The notes under the pieces are model-generated. The model worked only from the letters and a program-made list of their open reading frames with translations, was not told where the DNA came from and did not search any database. This document shows positions 33,792 to 42,676 of a stretch of 45,934 nt of DNA, piece after piece. Position 1 is the stretch's first letter, and each line of letters opens with the position of its first letter. Origin of the DNA: a virus (Duplodnaviria > Caudoviricetes); IMG/VR virus record IMGVR_UViG_3300037313_000916, positions 1-45,934 of that record. One strand, given 5' to 3'. A program made the position numbers and the translations under genes.

Positions 33792-34645
33792 CTGTTCTCG
33801 TCTCGGATTGCTGCAAGTCGTCGTGGTGCGCGATCGATGGTTGGCCCGAATGCGACTCATGCTTGCGGGTCTGCGGCTTGGTGAGTGCGGCATGAGCGAC
33901 CGCACGGTTGAGATCCATGTGCGTGAGGCGTTCAAGCTCGCTCGTCGCCACGCGTACGACATGTGGAAAGCGGAGCGGTCGTGCGAACTGCGGGACCGCA
34001 TCTATAAGAAGTATGACGGCCGCGGCTTTCATTCGGTGTCGCTTGAGGTGGGGCGCATGTATGCGCTGTCCGAGTTGACGCCCGGGTTGCATGACGAGTT
34101 CTCGGACCTCGCGACGCTCCGGCAGGCCGCTCGCGATGACGCAACGGCCGAATGGCGCGCCGAGACGTTCAAGCAGTTTCTCCCGAACGAGGAGGCGGCA
34201 TGACCGACGCTCAGCGGGGCTTCCTGCACGCCGTGTCCTACCTCGACCTCCTCGACTACTGGACAGATGAGCCGTCCCTGACGATCTGGCTCAAGGACGG
34301 AACGGAAATAGAGGTTGACGAGCAGGGGTTCGCCGATACGGAGGCTGCGGCATGACTGCTCGGTTGGGGAAGGCGAGGCGCCAGGGTTACGCAGCGCACA
34401 CAGCGAACCACCTCGCCTTCCCCAAGCGAGCAGCTCGCTTCCTGCGGCTGCTCGCGTACACGATCGTCGTGTGGGCTGTCGTTGGGCTCATGAACGTCGC
34501 GCTCGTCGGCATGAAGCTGTGGCGGCGATTCGGTGGGTAGCGTCATCTCCAAGCTGCTCGAGCGGCTGTTCCTGGGCGGGAAGCCGTATGAGCAGGCCAG
34601 CGCAGAGGTAGCGGCATGGTGGGCGGTCCTTGACAAGGACCCCGC

Positions 34646-35011
34646 GTGAGCCTCAGCCACCCCGGGCTGGTCCTTCGGCGCCTTGAGGAGATCGAGCGGG
34701 ACCTCGCCGATCGACAGAACACCCTTGAGAACGCTGCGATGGCGTGGCATCGCCTCAAGCGCGACAAAGAGCGTGCTCGCGCGGAAGCGTTCCTCGGAGC
34801 GCAAGGGACCGTCGCGGAACGCACCGCCCAAGCGGACAAGCAAACCGCGCTGATGGGCGTCGAAGAAGAAGCCACCTACGAAGCAGTGAAGGCAGTCGTC
34901 CGTGTGCTGGAGACAAGGGCCAGTATCGGGCAGTCCATTTTGCGCTCGCAGACGCGGGAGGCGTTCGCGCGTAACGACCAGGCGCAGCCCGCCTGGTCAG
35001 GGAGGTCATGA
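34646..35011 (+). CDS. coiled-coil protein (possible recombination mediator)
   Basis: All helical; GTVAER.AQA...RVLE...SIGQSI. Confidence 0.4.
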   Translation: MSLSHPGLVLRRLEEIERDLADRQNTLENAAMAWHRLKRDKERARAEAFLGAQGTVAERTAQADKQTALMGVEEEATYEAVKAVVRVLETRASIGQSILRSQTREAFARNDQAQPAWSGRS

Positions 35012-35339
35012 CGTTGCTCGCACACATCCTCATTGGCGCCGGGATCGGGTTCACGATCGCCGCGCTCATCGTTCGCCCCAGAACCCCTCCGGTCGCTCCT
35101 GCTGCGCCGTGCTACCTGAACGTCGCGTACGAGCTCGGCTCGATGGCTGGCAGCGAGCTTTACATACTTGAAGCTCTCAGTAATCCGCCGAAGCTAATCA
35201 AACGGGCGGAGGACTGGCAGCCCGATCCCACCTTCGTCGACACGATCGACGTTGACCAGGCGTACATGATCCACGTGTCGTACTCGAAGGGCCGGCACGA
35301 TGGTTGGTGGCGCGCCGCAGATGGAGAGGCCGCGTAATC

Positions 35340-35720
35340 GTGGCCTGGGTGAAGATCGATGACCAGCTCTACACCCATGAGAATCGCTGGGAAATCGGTC
35401 TCGACGGCATCGGGTTGTTCGTGGTGATGCTCTGCTACTGCAACCACAAACTGACGGACGGGCTGGTGCCGCGTGCGTTCGTTCAGAGCCAGGTGTCGCG
35501 GCCGGACCGGCGTGGTGCGCTCAAGTCGCTGTTGAAGGTCGGGATGGTCGCTGAGGTGGAGGACGGCTACGAGGTCGTGGGCTACTTGAGGTTCCAGCCG
35601 TCGAAGGAAGACGTGTTGAAGCGGCGTGCTGACCGGTCTGCCGCTGGTCGTAAGGGCGGCGAGAAAAAGGCCCAAAACCGTCTAGCTGTTGCTAAGCAAG
35701 GTGCTAAGCATGCTGCTTAG
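35340..35720 (+). CDS. replication initiator (short, N-terminal winged-helix type)
   Basis: MAWVKIDD...GLF...YC...LTDG.VP...YL.FQPS...R...GRKGG pattern of actinophage RepA-like proteins; ends inside the iteron repeats. Confidence 0.7.
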   Translation: MAWVKIDDQLYTHENRWEIGLDGIGLFVVMLCYCNHKLTDGLVPRAFVQSQVSRPDRRGALKSLLKVGMVAEVEDGYEVVGYLRFQPSKEDVLKRRADRSAAGRKGGEKKAQNRLAVAKQGAKHAA

Positions 35721-35825
35721 CAAGGTGTCTAGCTGCATGCCTACCCCGTATCCCGTAGAGGTAGTTGGTACTTCAAACGCTAGTGATTCCTCAAAACAAT
35801 CCTCTTTTGTTACGCCAACTGATAA
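35681..35825 (+). repeat. putative replication origin: iterons + AT-rich tract
   Basis: TGCTAAGCA twice, inverted TGCTTAGCA, TCTAGCTG twice, AGCAAGGTG twice, then an AT-rich stretch at ~35770-35825. Confidence 0.65.
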
Positions 35826-35877
35826 AGCCTCCGACGGCCTAAGCCTGAAAATGGGGAAGGTGGCTTAGATGGGACGG

Positions 35878-36225
35878 ATGACCGAAGTCCCGATGGAAGC
35901 CGCAACGCATGGGTCGAACACTGCTGCCGTTGCTCGTCAGCACCGAGAGGCGAGAGCAAGGGAGATCAGTGAGCGCGCCGCTCGAAGCCTTGAGCGGCTG
36001 AACGCCGCAGCGGCCTGGGTTCGTGCTCGTCGGGAGTTGTGCGTCAACGGAGATGCCTGCCCGCACGCCGTTGTTGGTGCTTTGTGGTTGCGCAACGAGA
36101 ACAACACGAACGCCGATCTCTTCTCGGCGGTCCAAGCGTTCCGGCGCGACAAGTACGCGAAGCAGGTCGCGAAGGGCGACCTGTCGCAACACGAGGTAGA
36201 TCAGATCATGGGAGTGAATCGATGA
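35878..36225 (+). CDS. hypothetical protein
   Basis: ORF after the origin; ATGA-coupled to the next gene. Confidence 0.5.
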   Translation: MTEVPMEAATHGSNTAAVARQHREARAREISERAARSLERLNAAAAWVRARRELCVNGDACPHAVVGALWLRNENNTNADLFSAVQAFRRDKYAKQVAKGDLSQHEVDQIMGVNR

Positions 36226-36896
36226 ACGATCAGCGCACGAAGGCGCTAGGGATCGCGAACCAGAAGCGTCGCCAGATCCGCAACCTGCGGCTGGGGATCG
36301 AGGCGGGAACAACGACGTTCCGCGAACTCGTTCTCCCCCGGCCGTTGAAGACGATCGAGTCGATCCCGATGGTGGACGTCGCTCGGTGGGTGCCGGGTTT
36401 CCAGGCACGCGCCGAGGTCAGGCAGGCAAGGCTTGGCGCTGCTGCGCTCGTCGCGGACGTCAACCTCCTCCAGACGGTCGGCGAGATGCCGCGAGAGCAT
36501 CGGGAGTGGGTCGCCGAGTTCGTCGCTCGGCCAGCGATGTCGTCGGCGGAACGCTCGCAACGGTCACGCGAGCGCGACCGCATAGGGTCGGACGAGGTTG
36601 TGGAGCTGCGGATGGCGTTGGATGGCTGCCGGGCGTCGCTGAGGAGAGCGGAGCGTGAGCGGGACATCGCGCTGGGAAAGATTCGCGATCTCGAGGCCCA
36701 AGTCGCGGGTCACCAGTTCGTGATGCCGACCGTCGTTGCCGAGCGGATGCTGATCGAGCTTGCCGACGCGGTGGAGGAGCACAAGCGCGGCCTGTCGAGA
36801 GGAGCGCCGAATTTCGCGAATGCTGATCAGGCGCTGTGGGCGAAGAAGGACGAGATCCTGATGAGCGGCGCGCCGAATCTCCGGAGCGCAGCATGA
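36222..36896 (+). CDS. actinobacterial IHF (mIHF/sIHF, H2TH)-like domain + coiled-coil extension
   Basis: QR.KAL.IAN.KR...R.L...G...ELV...I....DV...VPG...R..R...TVG.M...R..V parallels the aIHF pattern. Confidence 0.6.
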   Translation: MNDQRTKALGIANQKRRQIRNLRLGIEAGTTTFRELVLPRPLKTIESIPMVDVARWVPGFQARAEVRQARLGAAALVADVNLLQTVGEMPREHREWVAEFVARPAMSSAERSQRSRERDRIGSDEVVELRMALDGCRASLRRAERERDIALGKIRDLEAQVAGHQFVMPTVVAERMLIELADAVEEHKRGLSRGAPNFANADQALWAKKDEILMSGAPNLRSAA

Positions 36897-37052
36897 CCCC
36901 GGCCGAGGTCGACTTGTTCGCCAGGATGTCGCGCCTTGAGCGGGACATCCTGGAGCTTCGCCACGACTTGAACCGGGCGACTATCGAGATCGACTCTGCG
37001 CAGCAGCGCGCCGCCTACCTCCTCGAGAAGTTCTTCCAGGAGGGCCGCCGCG

Positions 37053-37277
37053 ATGGGTGATCTTGTCTCGTTCCCGGTCGCTCGTGCGGCCGGCGCCCTG
37101 AACTTCGAGGTTACGAAGGCGGAGCTCGCTCAGCGGTGGCGCGTGTCGGAGCGGTGGATCGAGCTTCGCGTCCGTGATGCGGGTTTGCCGCGTCGCAAGG
37201 ACCCACATAGTCGTCTTGTCCGGTTCAATCTCGCTGAGTGCGAGCTTTGGCTGGAGCGACGGAGGAGGGCGAGCTAG
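37053..37277 (+). CDS. xis: excisionase-like winged-HTH protein
   Basis: VTKAELAQRWRVSERWIE....GLP......VRFNL..CE.WL; abuts the integrase. Confidence 0.75.
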   Translation: MGDLVSFPVARAAGALNFEVTKAELAQRWRVSERWIELRVRDAGLPRRKDPHSRLVRFNLAECELWLERRRRAS

Positions 37278-38432
37278 ATGGCGATCGGTAAGCCGAGAGG
37301 CAAAGACAAGATGGTGCCGGTCTTTGTCTACGACCCGGCGACCCAGAAGAAGCGGTACGTCGGCTCCGCGCCGAACCCGCGCGCAGCGCGCCTCCTCGAG
37401 GCGAAGAAGAAGGTCGAGTTTTCCGAGCGCGCCGGGAACGTTCAGGGCACCAAGGACTGGACGGTCGCCGGGTGGGCTCAGCACTGGCTTGATCAGCACC
37501 ATGGCGAGAACACGCCGCGCCCGGAGATCACGACGTGGCGCAATAACGAGCAGCTCCTCAGGCGGTTCATCGCCTTGTATGGCGGCCGGAAGGTCCGCTC
37601 GATCACTAGGGATGAGGCGCACGCGTGGGCGAAGACCAAGCCGCACGAGGCGAAGGCGATCGCCGCGATGTTCAACGACGCCGTGAGGCAAGGCCATCTG
37701 GACGTCAGTCCGTTCAGCAAGCTGGGGCTGTCGCGTGGCAAGGGCCGTGCTGACATCCATCCGTTGGGCGAGCAGGAAGTCGTGGCGCTCGCCGATATCG
37801 CTCGTCGCTCGCTCGGAAGCTACGGCGAAGAGTTCGCCCGGTTCATCACGGTCGCCGCGTGGACGGGGATGCGCCCCGGCGAGCTGTGCGGCCTCGACTG
37901 GCATGAGGTCGATCTTCCGTGCCGCGAGATCAAGGTGTGGTTCGCTCGCCGCAACGACGGCTCGAGGGTGCGAACGAAGACGAAGGAGAACCGCGAGATC
38001 GAGCTTGCGGACGCCGCCGCCGAGGCTCTCGCGATGACGCCTCCGCAGCAGCGGACCGGCCCCGTGTTCCTGTCGCGCACTAAGAAACCGATCCGGCCGA
38101 ACAGCCTGCGGACCGACTGGCTGACCGTCCGCTCCGCGTTCACCGCCAGCCTGCCGGGCGACCACTGGCTACCCCGCCGGCTGCGGCAGAACCCTGACGA
38201 CCAGCTCGACCCGTATGAGCTGCGGCACTTCTGCGGGTCGTTCCTCGCTGATCAGGGCTGCACGATCGAGGAGATCGCCGAGCACCTCGGGAATACCCCG
38301 GAGGTCTGCCGGGTGTACGTCCATGCGCACAAGGATCGCGTCAGGGCCAGGATCAGAGCCGCGTTCGGCAACAACGTCAGGACCATCCGGCCCGCCGACG
38401 ACCATGGGTTTGGGGAGCAGGTGGGTAGCTAA
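37278..38432 (+). CDS. int: tyrosine integrase
   Basis: TGMRPGEL.GL.W..VD, RTKT, YELRH, EHLGNT, VYVH; N-terminal arm-binding domain. Confidence 0.93.
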   Translation: MAIGKPRGKDKMVPVFVYDPATQKKRYVGSAPNPRAARLLEAKKKVEFSERAGNVQGTKDWTVAGWAQHWLDQHHGENTPRPEITTWRNNEQLLRRFIALYGGRKVRSITRDEAHAWAKTKPHEAKAIAAMFNDAVRQGHLDVSPFSKLGLSRGKGRADIHPLGEQEVVALADIARRSLGSYGEEFARFITVAAWTGMRPGELCGLDWHEVDLPCREIKVWFARRNDGSRVRTKTKENREIELADAAAEALAMTPPQQRTGPVFLSRTKKPIRPNSLRTDWLTVRSAFTASLPGDHWLPRRLRQNPDDQLDPYELRHFCGSFLADQGCTIEEIAEHLGNTPEVCRVYVHAHKDRVRARIRAAFGNNVRTIRPADDHGFGEQVGS

Positions 38433-38649
38433 ATGCCTGCATCTTGGCTCTATCGCTTGGTCTGCGCCTCGTTTCACCCTGCCGGGGGCGCTACACCGAA
38501 CGGGACGCATCCCTTGTGTTCATCGGGCGTTACGGCCTGTTTCGGCGGGTGGCGTAGCGAAGGGACACGAACCGGTGCGAACGGGAATTCGCGGGTCGCT
38601 CGCTCCCTAGGGCAGCAAGTTGGGAAGCGAGTTGCTACCCAGCTACCCA
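38411..38649 (+). other. attP: tRNA-3'-end-like core plus arm-type repeats
   Basis: Core CCTGCCGGGGGCGC (38478-38491). (T/A)GGGNAGC at 38411, 38422, 38609 and 38621; inverted GCTACCCA at 38634 and 38642. Confidence 0.7.
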
Positions 38650-39128
38650 AGGTCGCTCTCTCCGCGACCCCGCTGCTCGGCGCGTCCGGGTGGCGGCACA
38701 CCGTCGATCCCGTGGAGGGAACGCGTGCCTGATCTCGACAAGATCGCGCTGCTGCCGATGAAGGGCTCGCCGCTCCCCGAAGGCGGCGTGCTCGCAGCGG
38801 ACTGCGTTCACGCACAGATCGTCAAGGCCGCGCCGTGGGCGCCAGCCAAGCCCGTGCTGGACCTTTACGGCGGCGACGCGGATCTCGTGCTGCTCGCCGT
38901 GCCCGTGGGCCTCGGGCCGGTGTTGGCGGCGTGGATCGCCGAGCAGACGATCGCGGTCGAAGACCCGGGAGCGAACTCGGTGAGCGCCGTTGTGCCTGGC
39001 GTGGACCCCCCGGCCCCGGACGCGGGGAACAAGGCGGCAACTCCTGGTAGCTCGGAAGCCGCGGGCGCTACCCCGGGCCGGTCCGCGTCAGGCAGAGCGG
39101 CGAATGCTCCGGAAGGAAAGGAAAAGCC

Positions 39129-39428
39129 GTGAGGGTCGTCCCCAAGCTTGAGTGCGAGTGCGACCCCACCGGCACGGGACCGCACCTGATCGGCTGCCCG
39201 CTGTTCGTCCAGGGCAAGTACGCGACGGCCGACCTCATCGACGCCATCCATGGGCTCGATGAGTACCGCGCGGCGCTCGTGCAGGCCGAGGAGGCGCTGT
39301 CGCGTGCTCAGACGTATATCGGGCTCCTGCGCCAGTACGACCCGGAGCTGTCGATGCTCGTCGCTGCTGCCCGCGAGAGAGCGAACAAGGCGCTGGCTAC
39401 CCCTCAACAAGCGCGGGAGTCCGAGTGA
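39129..39428 (+). CDS. hypothetical protein (CxC...H..C)
   Basis: GTGA-coupled ORF. Confidence 0.5.
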   Translation: MRVVPKLECECDPTGTGPHLIGCPLFVQGKYATADLIDAIHGLDEYRAALVQAEEALSRAQTYIGLLRQYDPELSMLVAAARERANKALATPQQARESE

Positions 39429-39976
39429 CTCGCTACCGCACGATCGTAGCTGACCCGCCTTGGCCGTACGAAGACGGCTTCATGGTCGGCCATGGGCGAG
39501 GCAATCTCGAACGCCGGCCGTTGCCCTACGCCGCCATGACGCTGGAGCAGATCGCAGCCCTCCCGGTCCACGAGATCACCGACCGAAATGCAAGGCTGTT
39601 CGTCTGGACGACAAACCGCTATCTCCCCGCCATATTCGAGATCATTGAGGCGTGGGGTTTCGAATACCGGCAGACGTTGGTCTGGCACAAGCTCGATGCC
39701 AACATGCCGGGCTCCGTGGCCCCCAACAGCGAGTTTCTGCTTGTCGGCCAGCGCGGGACCCCCGGTCGTCTCGCCACGCTGAAGTCGTCGGTCATCGCTG
39801 CGCACACTCACTGCGCTTGGAACAGCAAGGGACACAGCCGCAAACCGGAGTGCTTCCTCGATTACATCGAGCAGGTCAGCCCCGGACCTTACGTGGAGCT
39901 GTTCGCGCGTCGTGCTCGCTTCGGCTGGGATTACTGGGGCGACGAGTCGCTCGGGACGGCGGAGGTCGCAGCATGA
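39425..39976 (+). CDS. MT-A70 family adenine methyltransferase
   Basis: YRTIVADPPW, LFVWTT, WGFEY...LVW.K, HSRKP, ELFAR...GWD.WG.E. Confidence 0.92.
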   Translation: MTRYRTIVADPPWPYEDGFMVGHGRGNLERRPLPYAAMTLEQIAALPVHEITDRNARLFVWTTNRYLPAIFEIIEAWGFEYRQTLVWHKLDANMPGSVAPNSEFLLVGQRGTPGRLATLKSSVIAAHTHCAWNSKGHSRKPECFLDYIEQVSPGPYVELFARRARFGWDYWGDESLGTAEVAA

Positions 39977-40635
39977 TCATCCTGTTCTGCAAGGACTGCG
40001 GCACCGACACCGGCGTGCGCATCAACTATGTGCGTCCGCTGATCCGGTGTCTGCGGTGCGCCGTTCGGGCTACCGCTTCTCAACAGATCGATTCGCAGGG
40101 AGAGACGAAGTGAGCGACCTTCTGATGGTCACCGAGAAGCTCGAGGGCTGTCACTCGATCCACACCGAGTACCCCTTGCTACCTGGTGACGTCCTGACGC
40201 GCGATGAGGACGGCACCTACCGAAAGCACACCGGGGTCGGCATCTGGGGCTTCGAGTTGACGCCTGACCAAGAGTCGACGCTCAAGCCTGTCGCCGGCCA
40301 GATCGTCATGTGCGGCTGGGGCGATTACGAGCATGGCGACCCCGCGGCTACTCCTTCCTTGGATTCGGAGAAGTCCTGATGGAGTTGATGACTCTTCACA
40401 CCGTGTGGATGTACTGGCCGGGCGATGACGCCATCGAGCTGTGCGGTGCCCTCGACGACCACACCGTCGCAGAGAACCATGATGCTTGGGTCAAGCTCAT
40501 GGACGAGGCTGCCGGGCGCGTGGGACCCGAGAACGTTCGGGCGATCAGGGTCGAGGTGAATTGGGCGGACATCTGCCGACCGTTCGAGACCCCTGTCGTT
40601 GAGGGGACTGTCGCATCTTCAACGAGGGAACCGTC

Positions 40636-41022
40636 GTGAGTCGCAACCCGTACCAGAAGATCCTCTTCTGTGGATCGCGCGACTGGACCGATGAGCAGCC
40701 GATCGCTTCGGCGATCCACGGGCTGAGCAAGGGCAGCATCGTGATTCACGGAGGCTGTCGCGGCGCCGACATGATCGCCGACAAGTACGCGCGCGCTCGC
40801 GGCCTTCACGTCGCCCGCGTGGACGCTCTGTGGAGCTACTACGGCCACTACGCCGGCCCGAAGCGCAACGAGGCGATGTGCTTGCTGGGCATCGACTTCG
40901 CGTTCGCCTATCCGCTCAGTGGCTCAGGAACGCAGGGGATGCTCGATCTCCTGGCGCAGTGGAACGTTCCGCACTACATCCACGGTGGGGCTACAGCTTT
41001 GCCTTCCAAGGACCCGTCGTGA
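40636..41022 (+). CDS. SLOG-family (YspA/DUF2493-like) protein
   Basis: ILFCGSRDW, VIHGGCRGAD..A, AGPKRN..M, SGT..M. Confidence 0.85.
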   Translation: MSRNPYQKILFCGSRDWTDEQPIASAIHGLSKGSIVIHGGCRGADMIADKYARARGLHVARVDALWSYYGHYAGPKRNEAMCLLGIDFAFAYPLSGSGTQGMLDLLAQWNVPHYIHGGATALPSKDPS

Positions 41023-42096
41023 AGCTCGAGGACGCCCAGCGCTGGCGGCACGACACGGAGAACGCTTCCGCGCCCGTGCGCCATCGCGCCGTCCTGGAGC
41101 TCATCGCGGCCGGTGAGTACCTCTCGTACTCCGACGCCAAGCATGCCGCCCGCCTGGCGCTCTCTGGCGCTCACAAGCGGTGCGGAGAGACCAACACCGG
41201 AGGAACACCATGAGCGACTACCACCGTCATAACCCCGAGCTGGCCGAGGCGATCGATCGCATCTTCGGTGTTCACGTCACGCCGCTGCCCGACGTTGAGC
41301 AGGACTACGACGTCGAGCAGCTCGAGCGGGACATCGAGACGTGCAGCGAGGCAGCACTGACCCCGGAGGATGAGGCGTACGAGCGGGCTGCGTTTCGGTG
41401 GGGCATGGACGGCAAGGGCGCGCTGTGACCATCGCATCGTCACCGAAGCCATGACCCGCCGGATCAAAACGGGCGAGGAGGAAGACGTTCACACCCATTG
41501 GCGACGCGTGCTGTGCTGGACGCAACGCGCGGGTGCTTGTGTGGCTGTGAAGCGTCGCACGAACCGGCGGGAGCGCCAGGAAGCCAAGGCCGCGATGCGC
41601 GACGAGCTGGCTATGCCAAACATCTCGGAGCCCGAATGAGCGCGTCGCAAGATTCGCATAACGTCACCGACACTGCGGCGAGCGCGGCCTTGCAGCGTCA
41701 GCTCGCTCACCGCGACTACCTCCTGGAGGAAGCGCGCGCAGAACGCGACCGCTGCAAGGCCGCGCTCGCTGAGGCGCAGCGCAACGCGAGGGAGCAGGGC
41801 GACCTGAAGGCGGCTGCGTGGCGCGATGCCGATCGGTTGCGCGAGGAGGCTGACCGCTACCGCGATGCCCTTGAGGATGTCGTGGCGTTGAAGGACTGCC
41901 CCGAGAGCGTCGCGGCTGCCGCGGCTGCCGCGTTGCATTGGAAGGACCGACCCGAGGGAGAGAACGCATGCTGATGGTCTACATGATCGCTTTCCAAGTG
42001 ATGGTGGTTGACGTGGGTGAGATAATGTGTAGGACAAAGAAATCGCCCCCGCGTCGCGCTAACGACCGGGGGCATGGCGCCGAAGGGAAGACTTCG

Positions 42097-42288
42097 ATGC
42101 AGGCCAAGCGTAACGGTCCGGCCAATCTGTTTGTCCGCAAGGGCGCCGATGGCTGGGTAGTGGAAGAGCGCCATCCTGGTGATGTGGCGGGGATCTGGCG
42201 CGGCGGCTACTTCCGCACGAAGGCCGAGGCCACGTCGCACCAGCGACGCCTCTTGGCTGAGCGTGACGCGCAGGGGCGTGAAGCATGA
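42097..42288 (+). CDS. small hypothetical protein (DUF2188-like pattern)
   Basis: V....DGW.VE...F.TKAEA; start codon lies inside a stem-loop. Confidence 0.45.
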   Translation: MQAKRNGPANLFVRKGADGWVVEERHPGDVAGIWRGGYFRTKAEATSHQRRLLAERDAQGREA

Positions 42289-42391
42289 GTCGGTTGTGGT
42301 GGCGGCGGTGCAAAAGCCGGGGTAGGGCGCCTAGCTGCCCGGACATCGCCGCCACCAGAGCTGACGCTGCTGGCACGGAGGCCGATGCAAC

Positions 42392-42676
42392 GTGACGTTA
42401 CGAGTTGGACTCGATGAACTGCTCCCGATCAAGACGGCAGCCCGCGGACTGCCCGCTCAAATCGACCGGCTCACCAGTGGCGACGTGGACCAGCTCGTCG
42501 TCACGCGCCGTGGCGAGCCTCGGGCAGTCCTCATCACAGTCGAGCGGTTCGAGGCCCTGCTTGCGCTGCAAACGGTGATAGATCCCGAGATGGTGTGCAC
42601 TTGCACACCCGAGACTTCGGAGGGCTGCTCGAGCTGCAAGCCGACCGATGCTCTTGCGGAGGAGCCGTCGTCATGA
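42392..42676 (+). CDS. Phd/YefM-family antitoxin-like protein with C-terminal Cys cluster
   Basis: LPIKTAAR.LP..ID......LVVTRRGEPRAVLITVERFEAL; CTC...CSSC tail. Confidence 0.75.
   Translation: MTLRVGLDELLPIKTAARGLPAQIDRLTSGDVDQLVVTRRGEPRAVLITVERFEALLALQTVIDPEMVCTCTPETSEGCSSCKPTDALAEEPSS

Noticed and set aside
14081-37280. In-frame TAG followed immediately by GTG/ATG (portal to 14084, 23352/23353, xis/int), suggesting amber readthrough or recoding
   Set aside because: Zero-gap junctions also occur with TAA (4521/4522, 20791/20792), conserved genes end normally at TAG, and no suppressor tRNA was seen. Translational coupling is sufficient.
38461-38500. Possible tRNA gene
   Set aside because: Only a 3'-end-like 14-mer is present, with no cloverleaf; treated as the att core. 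No full tRNA was found by eye elsewhere.
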